64,000 nucleotides of DNA from Candidatus Wolfebacteria bacterium (GCA_024654025.1 JANLIR010000005.1:1174-65173); one strand, 5' to 3'; positions 35,799-45,789 are shown, numbered from the stretch's first letter. Translations and numbers: made by a program. Notes: generated by a model from the letters alone, not told the origin.

Positions 35799-36518
35799 AT
35801 GTCAACATCTCATTTAACTGATTTTAGCCAGAAAAAGAAACTGGTTTTCGATATCGAAACAATTGGTGTTGATTTTGCCAGTCTTGATAAAATCTCCCAG
35901 GAGTATCTTTTGAAATTCGCCGAGGATGAAGAAGAAAAAGCGCAAGCTAAAGACCAATTAAGTTTCTCTCCGCTAACCGGAGAAATCGTCGCTATCGGCA
36001 TGCTAAACCCCGACACCGATAACGGAAAAATTTATTTGAAATCAGAAAAAAATATCGGCGCGGACAAATTGGAGGAGGGGATAGACATAGAAATCGGAAC
36101 CGAAAAACAAATATTAGAAAAATTCTGGGAAGACGCGAAACACTATAATTATTTTATTTCTTTTAACGGAAGAGGGTTCGATGTTCCGTTTTTGCTTATC
36201 CGTTCCGCTATTTTAGAAATTGATCCCACTAAAGACCTAATGAGCAATAGGTATTTGAGTTCCCAAAAATTCGGCGCCCATCACATTGATTTATTCGACC
36301 AGCTTAATTTTTACGGCGCGGTCAGGCGTAAATTTAATCTTCACTTTTGGACAAAAGCCTTTGGCATCAAAAGCCCTAAAGAAGAGGGGATTACCGGCGA
36401 TGATGTCGGCCGTTTATATAAAGAAGGAAAAATTTTGGATATCGCCAAATATAATTTAGGCGACTTGCGCGCCACAAAACAACTGTACGAAAAATGGGAA
36501 AAATATCTTAATTTCTGA
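35799..36518 (+). CDS. predicted 3'-5' exonuclease (RNase H-like, PolB-exonuclease-related)
   Basis: DEDD-type Exo I motif LVFDIETIG, then the segment YFISFNGRGFDVPFL. Confidence 0.55.
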   Translation: MSTSHLTDFSQKKKLVFDIETIGVDFASLDKISQEYLLKFAEDEEEKAQAKDQLSFSPLTGEIVAIGMLNPDTDNGKIYLKSEKNIGADKLEEGIDIEIGTEKQILEKFWEDAKHYNYFISFNGRGFDVPFLLIRSAILEIDPTKDLMSNRYLSSQKFGAHHIDLFDQLNFYGAVRRKFNLHFWTKAFGIKSPKEEGITGDDVGRLYKEGKILDIAKYNLGDLRATKQLYEKWEKYLNF

Positions 36519-36522
36519 TTTA

Positions 36523-36678
36523 TGGATAAAATTAAATATTTTTATCAGGAAAGAAAAAAGGTTATTGATCTATTTTTTATTATTTTTATAGTTGGCACAT
36601 TAAGTTTTGGCTTGGGATACCTGACAAACAGAGAATTTTCTCATGCCCCGATTATCATTGAACGTTGCTCTAATTAAC
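36523..36678 (+). CDS. small hypothetical membrane protein (51 aa)
   Basis: The ATG overlaps the upstream stop codon and the product has one transmembrane helix. It falls below the cutoff of the ORF track. Confidence 0.2.
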
Positions 36679-36782
36679 ACGGTGTCTAACGGCCTTTTTT
36701 TGTTTGTTGTCAAATAATTTACAAATAATTTATTTGGGGTAATATAAGAGATAGATTGTATTAAAATATAAAGAAGGAGGCC

Positions 36783-37004
36783 GTGATGGAAAACGAAGTC
36801 AAACGATACATATTCTGTGTGCATTGCACGCGAACAGTCGGTTGTTGTCAAAACGGAACTCGTACAGAGTGCGATCAGTGCCCGGAAGAACGCGAATGCC
36901 CAAAACCAGAAGAGGTTGGAAAACCAAGCCACGGACATTGCAAAACATGCGCTACCAATGATTGGTGCGCGCAACCAATAACGCAACAAGGGGCGCCTAG
37001 ATAA
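36783..37004 (+). CDS. small cysteine-rich protein (12 Cys in 73 aa)
   Basis: A strong Shine-Dalgarno AAGGAGG lies 6 nt upstream. The Cys pattern runs C-x2-C, CC, C-x2-C, C-x2-C. A hairpin and U-run follow. The region is GC-rich relative to its surroundings. Confidence 0.5.
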   Translation: MMENEVKRYIFCVHCTRTVGCCQNGTRTECDQCPEERECPKPEEVGKPSHGHCKTCATNDWCAQPITQQGAPR

Positions 37005-37035
37005 AAACTAGAGCCCCTTTTGTTTTGTAGTTGTT

Positions 37036-37812
37036 TTATAGATATCCTGCCTGTTTAAGCCAATAATCATTTTCCCACTCCCAAAGCTTTTTTGCTCCCA
37101 AAAACGCTTTAAAATCCTCCTGCCAATAGGGGAATTCTTTTAATTCTATTTCACCGGTTAACTCCGACCACTCATGAGTTTCGTCCGGGCACATAGGCAA
37201 AGCTTTGTTGTTTTCGTTTCTAGCCGGCCGTATTTTGTCTCGTCCACCTTTAGTCCTTAGGCTCGCCCTGCATTTAACGCATTTTTTTATTTGATCGATT
37301 CTTAATATCCAGCGTGATTGCAAATTATTAAATTCTTTTTCAAGCGCTCCCATATATGCCGAAGTTTGAAGATTATAGTCGCGGTAAATCGCTTGCGACG
37401 TTTTAATGTCCAACACGCCGAATTTGCCGTCTATTAAAGCCAAGGCGTCTAAAGTGCCGGCATACCTTTGCTCGTGATTAACAACTTGTTTTTCAACAAA
37501 ATCTTTATCAACTTGAATATTATTTTTTTCTATAAATTCCGTGAATGCCTTTATCGACGGCGCGATTGAAGGATCGATAACAGGGGACTGACCGATTAAA
37601 ATCTTTTCCACCGCCTCATGGATAAGAGTTCCCTCTCCAGCGGAAATTTTTTTAACCGCTTCGCCTTCGGCAAAACTATTAAGTTCGCCATAAAAATGAT
37701 ACAGCGCCGGCTTGGCCTTTATTTCTATTATCTTTGTCACGCGGGGATACCAAACGTCACCGATTTCATAACCGGCAAGAGATTTGAAATGTTTTAAATC
37801 AAAATAGTACAT
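37036..37812 (-). CDS. PD-(D/E)XK nuclease, RecB/Cas4-like fold, with a C-terminal Cys cluster
   Basis: GTLDALALIDGKFGVLDIKTS gives D...D-I-K; the QTSAY box (QxxxY) follows; then CVKC...CPDETH. Confidence 0.55.
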   Translation of the reverse strand: MYYFDLKHFKSLAGYEIGDVWYPRVTKIIEIKAKPALYHFYGELNSFAEGEAVKKISAGEGTLIHEAVEKILIGQSPVIDPSIAPSIKAFTEFIEKNNIQVDKDFVEKQVVNHEQRYAGTLDALALIDGKFGVLDIKTSQAIYRDYNLQTSAYMGALEKEFNNLQSRWILRIDQIKKCVKCRASLRTKGGRDKIRPARNENNKALPMCPDETHEWSELTGEIELKEFPYWQEDFKAFLGAKKLWEWENDYWLKQAGYL

Positions 37813-38112
37813 AAGGGGAGTGGTGGTTTAAAGTTTTTATACCTGTCGCAAAATGATTCTTTTACGACATATATTAAAGTAATACCTCATAAATGGCCCA
37901 AATTTCATATTAAGCGGCTAAAACAGATGCATCACCCATTTTACCAGATCAATCGCTAAAAGCAGAAGTTTAATTATTAAATTACCTATAAATTTTATTG
38001 TTGCGCCAATATTATGGATTACATTCAAATTGATCCAGCTAACGGATTTGCCTACGAATAATGTAGTGGCTTTAATTAATTCTGAAAAATTTATTTTGGC
38101 TATCATAAATAA

Positions 38113-39378
38113 TTACAAATAATTAGTCGGATTAATGTCTCCGCCAAATGGCATCGGTCCGCACATTAGGCTGGGACCCATTCGGAACGTCTGGCTGGCA
38201 AAAACCGTAAAATGAAGGTGAGGGCCAGTAGCATAACCGGTCCTACCAACATAACCTATCAAATCGCCCCGCCTAACTTCTTTTCCTTGAGTAGCGGTAA
38301 TTAGGGAAAAATGCGCGTAAAGCGTTGTTAAATTATTTTCATGTTCTACAACGACGAATTTTCCGTAAGCTCCGCGGTAGCAATATTTATCCTGATTGCC
38401 GGTTGCCACAATTTTTCCTTTTTCAGCCGCAAAAACCGGGGTTCCAATAGGCGCGGCTATATCAATGCCGTTATGCCATTTACCGCGATAACCGCCTTTT
38501 GTGGCAAACGGCGTGGCTCCATAGTCCTGCGAAATCAATCCCGTAGTCGGCATTGCTAATATTCCCGGGGCCCGCGTTGGAAGCAATCCTGGATTTATTT
38601 TTAATCTTAATTCTTCATCTATTTTTTCAATCTCAGAAGCGATGGCTGTTTGTTTCTTTTGCAAATCCGTTAAATATATTTGATAATTTTTTTCCTTATT
38701 TTTTGTTTGCGCCAAAAAATCTTGTTTGGATTTTTTTGTTTCTTCCACAATTATTTTCTTGTTTTTTAAATTATCACTTTCGATTTCCTTGGAGGCTTTC
38801 TTATTAGTAAGGGCTTCCAAATCATTCGATAATTCCCCTCTTAATACATTTAAATCCGCCACATCATTATATAGCCCCTGCTGCAAATCAACCAATCCCT
38901 GCATTTGAAAAACGCTCTCGCTTAAATCTTTATTTCTTAAAAATATCTCTAGCGGACTATTAATGCCGGGTTCTTGCTGTAATTTTCTTAAAGCCGCGGC
39001 TATAATTTGTTTTTTATCTTCTATTTTTACTTCCGCTTCAGAAATATTGTTTTGAATCTGCTCTGACTCAAGGCTGTATTTATTAATCAAAATTTCGCTT
39101 GATTTTATGCCCAAATCCATCTGTTTTACGCTATAATTTATCTGGCTTAATTCATTTTGAAGAGAACTTTTTGCGTTTTGAGTAGCTTCCAGCTGTTTTT
39201 GAACAACCTTAATTTGACTATTTACGTTGTCCAATTCCTGAGTTTTTTGTGAAAGCGAATCCTTTAATTCTTGCGCTTCTTTCGCGTCAACTTTTATTTT
39301 TTGAAAAAGCGCAAAAAAAATCGCCACAACCAAAAAAATCGCGAAATATTTTCTAAAATTTCCGGAGTTCTTATGCAT
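38113..39378 (-). CDS. M23 peptidase with N-terminal coiled coil (EnvC-like)
   Basis: Long coiled coil followed by HNGIDIAAP...GPHLHF, the M23 zinc site. Confidence 0.8.
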   Translation of the reverse strand: MHKNSGNFRKYFAIFLVVAIFFALFQKIKVDAKEAQELKDSLSQKTQELDNVNSQIKVVQKQLEATQNAKSSLQNELSQINYSVKQMDLGIKSSEILINKYSLESEQIQNNISEAEVKIEDKKQIIAAALRKLQQEPGINSPLEIFLRNKDLSESVFQMQGLVDLQQGLYNDVADLNVLRGELSNDLEALTNKKASKEIESDNLKNKKIIVEETKKSKQDFLAQTKNKEKNYQIYLTDLQKKQTAIASEIEKIDEELRLKINPGLLPTRAPGILAMPTTGLISQDYGATPFATKGGYRGKWHNGIDIAAPIGTPVFAAEKGKIVATGNQDKYCYRGAYGKFVVVEHENNLTTLYAHFSLITATQGKEVRRGDLIGYVGRTGYATGPHLHFTVFASQTFRMGPSLMCGPMPFGGDINPTNYL

Positions 39379-40825
39379 TAAATTTATCCGCTGCTGATTT
39401 AATTCGTTTTAAGCTTTCGTCTTTCCCTAAAACATCCATCAATTCAAATGGTCCAGCGGAAGCTTCCCGTCCCGACAATCCCGCCCGTAGCGGCCACAGA
39501 AGCTCTCCCCTGCCCCAAACCTCGGTAAGAGGCATAATTATTTGTTCCAAACGTTTTTTTCCAAAATCGCTTTCAGGAATTTTTAAAATTTCTTCAGAAA
39601 GCATTTTTAAATTTCTAAGCGTGTCTTTTTCGGAAATATCTTTCCACAACAAAAGTTTTTTGTCGTAAAAAGGTAGCTCAAAAAACGGTTCTGCTAAATT
39701 TTTAAAACCCGCCAAGCTGTTCATTCGCGATTTTTCCACATCAATTATTTTTATAAGCAAATCCGGATTTTCAAGCCATGTTTTGGGAATAAAACTTTCC
39801 AGCCGGCTTAACAATTCCTTACTATCCATTTTTTGTATATATTGGCTGTTAAACCATTCTAATTTAACGATATTAAAAGCTGCTCCTCCTTTTTGCACTC
39901 GCCTTAAATCAAATTCTTTTATTAATTCTTCAACCGGCATAATTTCTTTATCTTCCGTTGGATGCCAGCCCAAAAATGCCAAAAAATTAACGAGTGCTTC
40001 CGGCAAAAATCCTTCGTTGCGGTAATCATTTAAAGACGTTTCCAAATGCCGTTTTGACAACTTACTTCTGTCCGGCGCGAGTATCAAAGGTAAATGCGCG
40101 TATTTAACTTCGTCAAATTCTAAAGCTCGTTGGAGTAAAATTTGTTTTGGCGTATTAGTTATATGATCTTCGCCCCTTATCACATGGCTGATTTTCATCT
40201 CAAAATCATCAACTACGCCCGCAAACATAAACAGCGGGGATCTTAAATTTCGAGCGATTACGATATCTCCGATTAATTCCGCATTAACCGATACCTTGCC
40301 TCGAATAATATCCGTAAACTCAACTTCTATTGGTGGAACTTTAAATCTTATTGCCGCGTGCTCTCCGTTTTCAACGCGTTTTTTAGCTTCTTTTGGATCT
40401 AAATTACGGCACCGTCCGCCGTATTTCGGAGCCATTCCTTGGCTTAACATCGCTTGCCTGTCTTCTTCAAGTTGTTCCTTGGAACAAAAACAATAATAAA
40501 CTTTTTCTTCATCAAAAAACTTGTTTAAATATTTTTCATATATATCCAGCCTCTCGTTTTGCCGGTATGGCCCGTATTGGCCTCCCACATCCGGCCCTTC
40601 ATCCCAATCAAAACCAAGCCATTTAAGGCCGTTTATTATGTCTTCCTCGTATTCTTTCTTTGACCTCTCAAAATCGGTATCCTCAATCCTTAAGATTATC
40701 TTTCCATTATGGCTCTTAGCAAAAAGCCAGTTAAAAAGCGTTGTTCTGGCTGTTCCTAAATGAAGCGGCCCTGTCGGAGATGGCGCCATCCTTACCCTTA
40801 CGGGCTTTTTTACGCTATCAGTCAT
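39371..40825 (-). CDS. gltX: glutamate--tRNA ligase
   Basis: PSPTGPLHLGTART (HIGH motif) and KLSKRH (KMSKS motif). Confidence 0.9.
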   Translation of the reverse strand: MTDSVKKPVRVRMAPSPTGPLHLGTARTTLFNWLFAKSHNGKIILRIEDTDFERSKKEYEEDIINGLKWLGFDWDEGPDVGGQYGPYRQNERLDIYEKYLNKFFDEEKVYYCFCSKEQLEEDRQAMLSQGMAPKYGGRCRNLDPKEAKKRVENGEHAAIRFKVPPIEVEFTDIIRGKVSVNAELIGDIVIARNLRSPLFMFAGVVDDFEMKISHVIRGEDHITNTPKQILLQRALEFDEVKYAHLPLILAPDRSKLSKRHLETSLNDYRNEGFLPEALVNFLAFLGWHPTEDKEIMPVEELIKEFDLRRVQKGGAAFNIVKLEWFNSQYIQKMDSKELLSRLESFIPKTWLENPDLLIKIIDVEKSRMNSLAGFKNLAEPFFELPFYDKKLLLWKDISEKDTLRNLKMLSEEILKIPESDFGKKRLEQIIMPLTEVWGRGELLWPLRAGLSGREASAGPFELMDVLGKDESLKRIKSAADKFNA

Positions 40826-40889
40826 TTGATTATTCTACCAAAAAAAACCACGCTTTGCTATTGACAAAAAATACAATAAATTGCCTTAC

Positions 40890-42050
40890 CTAGCCTTTGT
40901 TGCCTAACTTAATTATTTCTTCCGCCAATAATTTTGTCGCGTTTGGTTTAGCGAATTTTTTAGCCGCCAAAGACATCGCATTATAATTTTCCTGATTACC
41001 AAAAATTTTATTCACTTGAGCTAAAAACAAATGCGGAGTCAAATTTTCCTCTTCTATTACGATTGCGGCTCCGGTTTTTGCATACTCATACGCGTTTTTT
41101 TTCTGATGATCCGCCGCTGACTCCGGAAGCGGTATTAACACGGACGGTTTTCCTATCGCCGCTATTTCAAAAATAAAACTTCCGGATCGCGACACGATTA
41201 AGTCCGCCGCGGCCACCGCATCCTTCAATAATTTACCATCTAAAAACGGCATTGTTTTATAAGCAACTTGATACTCTTTGGGCAATTTTTCCAAAACTAA
41301 TTTTAATTCATTATTAAAACCATGAAGATTATTCACTCCTGTCTGATGATAAATTTGAAAACCCTCTTTTAATAAATCAGGCGCGGTATCAAGAAAAAAA
41401 TCGTTTATTCGTATTGAGCCCCGCGACCCGCTTATTACCAAAAGAAGCTTTCTATTCGGGTCAAGTTCCAAAACTTTTTTAGCGGTTTCCTGATTTAAAT
41501 CAAAATCGGTTAAAAACATATTTCTTACCGGATTGCCCGTTAAAGCAATTTTTTCCGACATTAATTGACGCTTGATTTCTTTTTTATATAAATTTACAAA
41601 AGAATCGGCGGCAACGTCATATGAAATCGCAATCCTGTCGCTGAATCTTGCGGACAACAAATTTTGCGCGCCCGGAATCGAATCGCTGTCTTGGATGATT
41701 ATCGGCACTCGGTAAAACCAGCACGCCAAAACAACCGCGAAAGATCCGGTTCCTCCTTTTGAAAATAAAACATCGGGCATTATCCAAAAAACTTTCCAAA
41801 AAGCCTGGAAAATGCTAAATAAAAATTTCGGAATGTCTATAAAATTCCTAAAATCGAAATATCTTCGTAATTTTGCCGATACGATACTCTTAATTTTAAT
41901 ACCGGCTTTAATAAGTTCGGCTTCGTAAATATCCGGAGTTCCAACATAAAAAAAATCGCTGCCAGGTATTGTTTCTTTTAATTTGTCGCAAACAGCGATT
42001 ATCGGAAAAATATGTCCGCCCGATCCCCCGCCGGTAAATAAAATTCTCAT
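40890..42050 (-). CDS. murG: undecaprenyldiphospho-muramoylpentapeptide beta-N-acetylglucosaminyltransferase
   Basis: MRILFTGGGSGGHIFP and GT28 architecture. Confidence 0.9.
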   Translation of the reverse strand: MRILFTGGGSGGHIFPIIAVCDKLKETIPGSDFFYVGTPDIYEAELIKAGIKIKSIVSAKLRRYFDFRNFIDIPKFLFSIFQAFWKVFWIMPDVLFSKGGTGSFAVVLACWFYRVPIIIQDSDSIPGAQNLLSARFSDRIAISYDVAADSFVNLYKKEIKRQLMSEKIALTGNPVRNMFLTDFDLNQETAKKVLELDPNRKLLLVISGSRGSIRINDFFLDTAPDLLKEGFQIYHQTGVNNLHGFNNELKLVLEKLPKEYQVAYKTMPFLDGKLLKDAVAAADLIVSRSGSFIFEIAAIGKPSVLIPLPESAADHQKKNAYEYAKTGAAIVIEEENLTPHLFLAQVNKIFGNQENYNAMSLAAKKFAKPNATKLLAEEIIKLGNKG

Positions 42051-42062
42051 AGTCGTTAGTAG

Positions 42063-43148
42063 TTATGTGTTCTTCGATATATTACCAATTATGCCGGCCA
42101 TGGTCAAAAAAATTGCCAGCGAACTGCTTCCGTAGCTTACAAAAGGCAGGGGCATTCCGGTCAAAGGCAATAATCCCGAAATCGAGCCGATATTAATTAT
42201 CGCCTGTATGGTAATTATAGAAACAAAACCAATTACAACCAGTCGGCTAAATTGATCCCGGCAATTTGCTGCGATTTGAACGCCCCTTATAAGTATTATT
42301 ACAAAAAGCACTATCAAAAAAATCGCTCCGGCAAAACCGAGCTCCTCGGCGATTACGGCAAAAATTGAATCTCCTATGGGCTCTGGCAAAAAATTATACT
42401 TATTAGTCGAATTGCCATAACCAACTCCCAGTCCCCCGCCCGAACCTATCGCCATAAGAGCCTGTTCTCGATGAAAACCGCTTGCAAAATTTTTCACCCT
42501 CTCCAATCTATAAGGACTCGCCACAACAAGAAACGCGATTACTAAAACCGTAACAGAAGAAAAACCGACAACATAACGCATTTTCAAACCGCTAACAAAA
42601 TAAACTATCAAACTAGCGGCAACTATAACAACGGCGATTGTTGTTGCGGGCTGCATAAAAATCAATCCTGTTATAAGGGCCACTACTGCCAAAAAAGGCA
42701 AAAAACCTTCCCAAAAACTTGATTGCCTCTCTTTTCGTTTAGAAAGCCACGCAGCTAAATAAATTATAAAAGTTATTTTTAAAAGTTCCGCCGGCTGAAA
42801 CAAAACCGGTCCAAAATTAAGCCACCTATTCGCGCCTCCCGCCTTAAAACCAAAAGGCGAAAAAACTAACACAAGCAATAATATGCTTATTCCTAAAAGC
42901 GGCACTGCTAATTTCTGCCATTTTTTGTAGTGGATAAAAAGCCCGATTAAAAATCCTAAAATCCCCAAACCCAAACCATACATCAACTGTCTTTTTAAAT
43001 AATAGTTCGAGTCGTTGAATTTTATTTTTCCTAAATCCGAAGAAGCGCTTGCCAGCATTATTAAACCAAAAACAACCAGTATTACTACTGCCGCCAAAAA
43101 CACGAAATCCGGCCCTTTCCCAACTCTTGTTAACGCTCTTTTCGCCAT
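42063..43148 (-). CDS. ftsW: SEDS-family peptidoglycan glycosyltransferase FtsW/RodA
   Basis: Ten-transmembrane SEDS protein with conserved C-terminal motifs, located next to murG. Confidence 0.8.
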   Translation of the reverse strand: MAKRALTRVGKGPDFVFLAAVVILVVFGLIMLASASSDLGKIKFNDSNYYLKRQLMYGLGLGILGFLIGLFIHYKKWQKLAVPLLGISILLLVLVFSPFGFKAGGANRWLNFGPVLFQPAELLKITFIIYLAAWLSKRKERQSSFWEGFLPFLAVVALITGLIFMQPATTIAVVIVAASLIVYFVSGLKMRYVVGFSSVTVLVIAFLVVASPYRLERVKNFASGFHREQALMAIGSGGGLGVGYGNSTNKYNFLPEPIGDSIFAVIAEELGFAGAIFLIVLFVIILIRGVQIAANCRDQFSRLVVIGFVSIITIQAIINIGSISGLLPLTGMPLPFVSYGSSSLAIFLTMAGIIGNISKNT

Positions 43149-43153
43149 TTTAT

Positions 43154-44659
43154 TTATCGCCTTAAAACTCGGCCTGACATTATATTCAAATACTGGCCGT
43201 TTTTAACGGTAATTTTCCCGTTAACAAACACATGCTCGATATGCGAATCACGAAAAATTACCAGATCGGCAAAATATTTTTCTTTGATAAGCCCCCGGTT
43301 TTTCAAGCCCAAAATTTTAGCCGGCAACCCCGTTATTTTTCTAACCGCAATTTCAATTGGCAAAACGGATTTTTTTAGCGAAGAATCCAAGAATTTTGGG
43401 AATGCGGAATAAAATTTAGCGGCTACTAAATTTTCCGGATTTTTATTAAAACTTACCCCGCCCGAAGAAACAACGGCTCGGCTGTAACTGATCAAATTCA
43501 ACAAGTTTTTTTGGTTATAACCTTTATAAACAACCGCTCCCCGCAAATTCAAAAAATCAACCAGGTGTAAAAACGCGTTTTTTGCCGTCATGTCCTTTGC
43601 CTCGGCAAAATCTTTTAAAGACCTGCCAACAAGATAATCGTGGCGAGGCGCGGAAATAATTTTGAATTCCTCGCTTTTAAATTTTACCGGCAGTTCTTTT
43701 TTAATCTTATTTATAAAAACCGCGTCGTTTAAATTATTATGGATTTCCTTTAAACTGCCTCTGGTCGCGAAACACGGCAAAAAAGAAAAAATCGGAGCGA
43801 TAAAACGGGAAAGCAGGCTCAGACTGAAATAAATATTTGCCTTGGCGGAACTTTCATCGATTAACTCCGCAATTTTTTTCAAATCCATTTCTGTTCCGGA
43901 AAGCGCCGAAAAATTTCCTATGCTGATTCTGGCTTCGGTTTCTTTCGCTAAATTTATAATTTCTTCGGCCATTGAAACGCTGTCATTTTTACAATCATTA
44001 CAACTTTTTAAATTAATACTCGCAATCCCCTTTTGAGCGGCGACTTCTTCGACTAAAAATTTGATTTCTTTATGCGGCGTTAAAGAAGTAAGCGGAAAAT
44101 TCAAATTGACCGATAATCCAAACGCGCCCTCTTCCAAAGATTTTTTTAAAACCATTCTGGCGACATTAAGTTCATTTTGGGTTAAATCGCGAAAATTATC
44201 GCCGATAATAGATTCCCTGAGCGTCGCGTGGCCCACAAGAGTGCCGAAATTCACGCCGAACTTTTTTTTGTCTAACGTATCAAGCAACTCACCGATCGTA
44301 TGCCAGTTGATGTTTATTTTATAAACATCGGTAAAAAGCTTGTTTAATTCCAAAGACCCGTAAAAAATAGGCGCCAAAGAAATCCCGTTTTGACCGCCAA
44401 TGATGGTTGTTACTCCTTGCAAAAGAAAATCTTTTTGGGAAGGATTTGAAAAAAGGGTCAAAAATAAATCCGATGAAGTGTTTATATCAATAAACCCCGG
44501 CGCCAGATACGCTCCCACGCCGTCTATTATTTCGGCGTTCTGATACCGATGGAAATGGCCAATGGCCGCAATTTTGTTGCGTTTTATGATAACGTCCGCT
44601 TTCCTGGGTGTCTGGCCGGTTCCATCTAAAATAACAACGTTTTTAATAAGTGTAGTCAT
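43154..44659 (-). CDS. amidohydrolase-superfamily protein (D-aminoacylase-like) with the HxH metal motif replaced
   Basis: LAPGFIDINTSSD sits where this family has PGFID-H-x-H. The overall length and layout match N-acyl-D-amino-acid deacylase-type amidohydrolases. Confidence 0.55.
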   Translation of the reverse strand: MTTLIKNVVILDGTGQTPRKADVIIKRNKIAAIGHFHRYQNAEIIDGVGAYLAPGFIDINTSSDLFLTLFSNPSQKDFLLQGVTTIIGGQNGISLAPIFYGSLELNKLFTDVYKININWHTIGELLDTLDKKKFGVNFGTLVGHATLRESIIGDNFRDLTQNELNVARMVLKKSLEEGAFGLSVNLNFPLTSLTPHKEIKFLVEEVAAQKGIASINLKSCNDCKNDSVSMAEEIINLAKETEARISIGNFSALSGTEMDLKKIAELIDESSAKANIYFSLSLLSRFIAPIFSFLPCFATRGSLKEIHNNLNDAVFINKIKKELPVKFKSEEFKIISAPRHDYLVGRSLKDFAEAKDMTAKNAFLHLVDFLNLRGAVVYKGYNQKNLLNLISYSRAVVSSGGVSFNKNPENLVAAKFYSAFPKFLDSSLKKSVLPIEIAVRKITGLPAKILGLKNRGLIKEKYFADLVIFRDSHIEHVFVNGKITVKNGQYLNIMSGRVLRR

Positions 44660-44794
44660 AAAACAAGCGACTTTTCATCGCTTTAATTATTTTACGATAT
44701 TTTTGGGCTAAAAGAAATTGTTGTTATTCACAACTTTCCAAAACATTGATACATTCAGTATGATTCAGTATCAACACTGAGCCTGTCGAACGTG

Positions 44795-44823
44795 TTGACT
44801 TTTACAACAAATGGGTATATATT
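44795..44823 (+). promoter_or_regulatory. sigma70-like promoter (TTGACT, 17-nt spacer, TATATA) with no downstream ORF
   Basis: TTGACT at 44795-44800 and TATATA at 44818-44823. Confidence 0.4.
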
Positions 44824-44829
44824 TATATT

Positions 44830-44920
44830 CATAGTGAGTGTGTTTTTCTTATCCTTGTTCGAAAGAATCAGGACATTTAAGGAAAACTCCCGTTTCCTCC
44901 CCCGCAAGGGGGAGGTTTTG
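44830..44920 (+). ncRNA. candidate ~90-nt small RNA (orphan promoter to terminator)
   Basis: The promoter above plus the intrinsic terminator CCTCCCCC-GCAA-GGGGGAGG-UUUUGUUU at 44896-44922. No ORF lies between them, and both flanking genes are on the opposite strand. Confidence 0.35.
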
Positions 44921-44944
44921 TTTATAGAAAAATAATCAATTTTT

Positions 44945-45397
44945 CTATCTATGGCTTTTATATAATTCTAAAACTCTATTTGCATTCGGTTTTAGCTGAG
45001 ACAACTCGGAGACAACAAACCAACGCGCTTCTGAAATTTCAATCGGGTCGATCTTAAAATGTTTATTAGGAACAGAGGCGGTAAAACAATAAACCGTATC
45101 GCGTTTAAATTGGCTATTAGCCATAAACGACCCTATAAAATCAATATTATTTAATTTAATTCCGACCTCTTCTTTTGTTTCCCGTTTCAACGCCTCCTCA
45201 GGTGTCTCGTTTTTCTTTACTCCTCCTCCCGGAAAAGTCCAAGATTTATGTCCGTATGTATTTTTAATTAATAGGATTTCACCATTGCATTCAATAACAC
45301 ACTTTACGCCTTTGGTTTTTGGCCGAAAAATAAACCGATATAACTTCTTTACTGGTTTTAAAACCTTGTAATAAATTTTAATAGTGCTATCTTCCAT
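44945..45397 (-). CDS. NUDIX hydrolase
   Basis: NUDIX box GGGVKKNETPEEALKRETKEEVGI. Confidence 0.8.
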   Translation of the reverse strand: MEDSTIKIYYKVLKPVKKLYRFIFRPKTKGVKCVIECNGEILLIKNTYGHKSWTFPGGGVKKNETPEEALKRETKEEVGIKLNNIDFIGSFMANSQFKRDTVYCFTASVPNKHFKIDPIEISEARWFVVSELSQLKPNANRVLELYKSHR

Positions 45398-45477
45398 GAC
45401 ACTTTTTATACTTCTTACAACCTACAAAAAAATATAACATGGTTATTTATACCATTTTAAGCCATTTTTATTACATT

Positions 45478-45506
45478 GACAAATATATTTTTACATGCTA
45501 CTATCT
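45478..45506 (+). promoter_or_regulatory. promoter (TTGACA, 17-nt spacer, TACTAT) with an operator-like inverted repeat AATTGGCAATA/TATTACCAATT at 45518-45541
   Basis: The -35 and -10 elements have ideal spacing. An 11-bp inverted repeat with one mismatch lies between the promoter and the ribosome-binding site of the 71-aa gene. Confidence 0.4.
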
Positions 45507-45573
45507 TAATTGGCAATATTATTACCAATTGAATATTTAGGTATTCATATTCCTCAATGGAAAGGAGAACCTC

Positions 45574-45789
45574 ATGTTTCTCGTTCTAAGTATCATTTGG
45601 ATTTTTGGTAAATTTTCAACCGGAATTGCATGGATTTTAAATATCACTCTGGTTCTTTCAGTGGTGATAGCCGCTATTCAAGCGTTCAAAACCGGCGACA
45701 GCGATAACATGTGGAAAAATTCTTCCTGGCTCAATCGTCTTGCCTGGTTATATCTATTAGTTATGCTTATTTGTCCAGGTCCAGGTTAA
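45574..45789 (+). CDS. small membrane protein (71 aa)
   Basis: Shine-Dalgarno AAAGGAG 8 nt upstream, two transmembrane helices, and a terminator hairpin plus U-run downstream at 45850-45885. Confidence 0.45.
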   Translation: MFLVLSIIWIFGKFSTGIAWILNITLVLSVVIAAIQAFKTGDSDNMWKNSSWLNRLAWLYLLVMLICPGPG

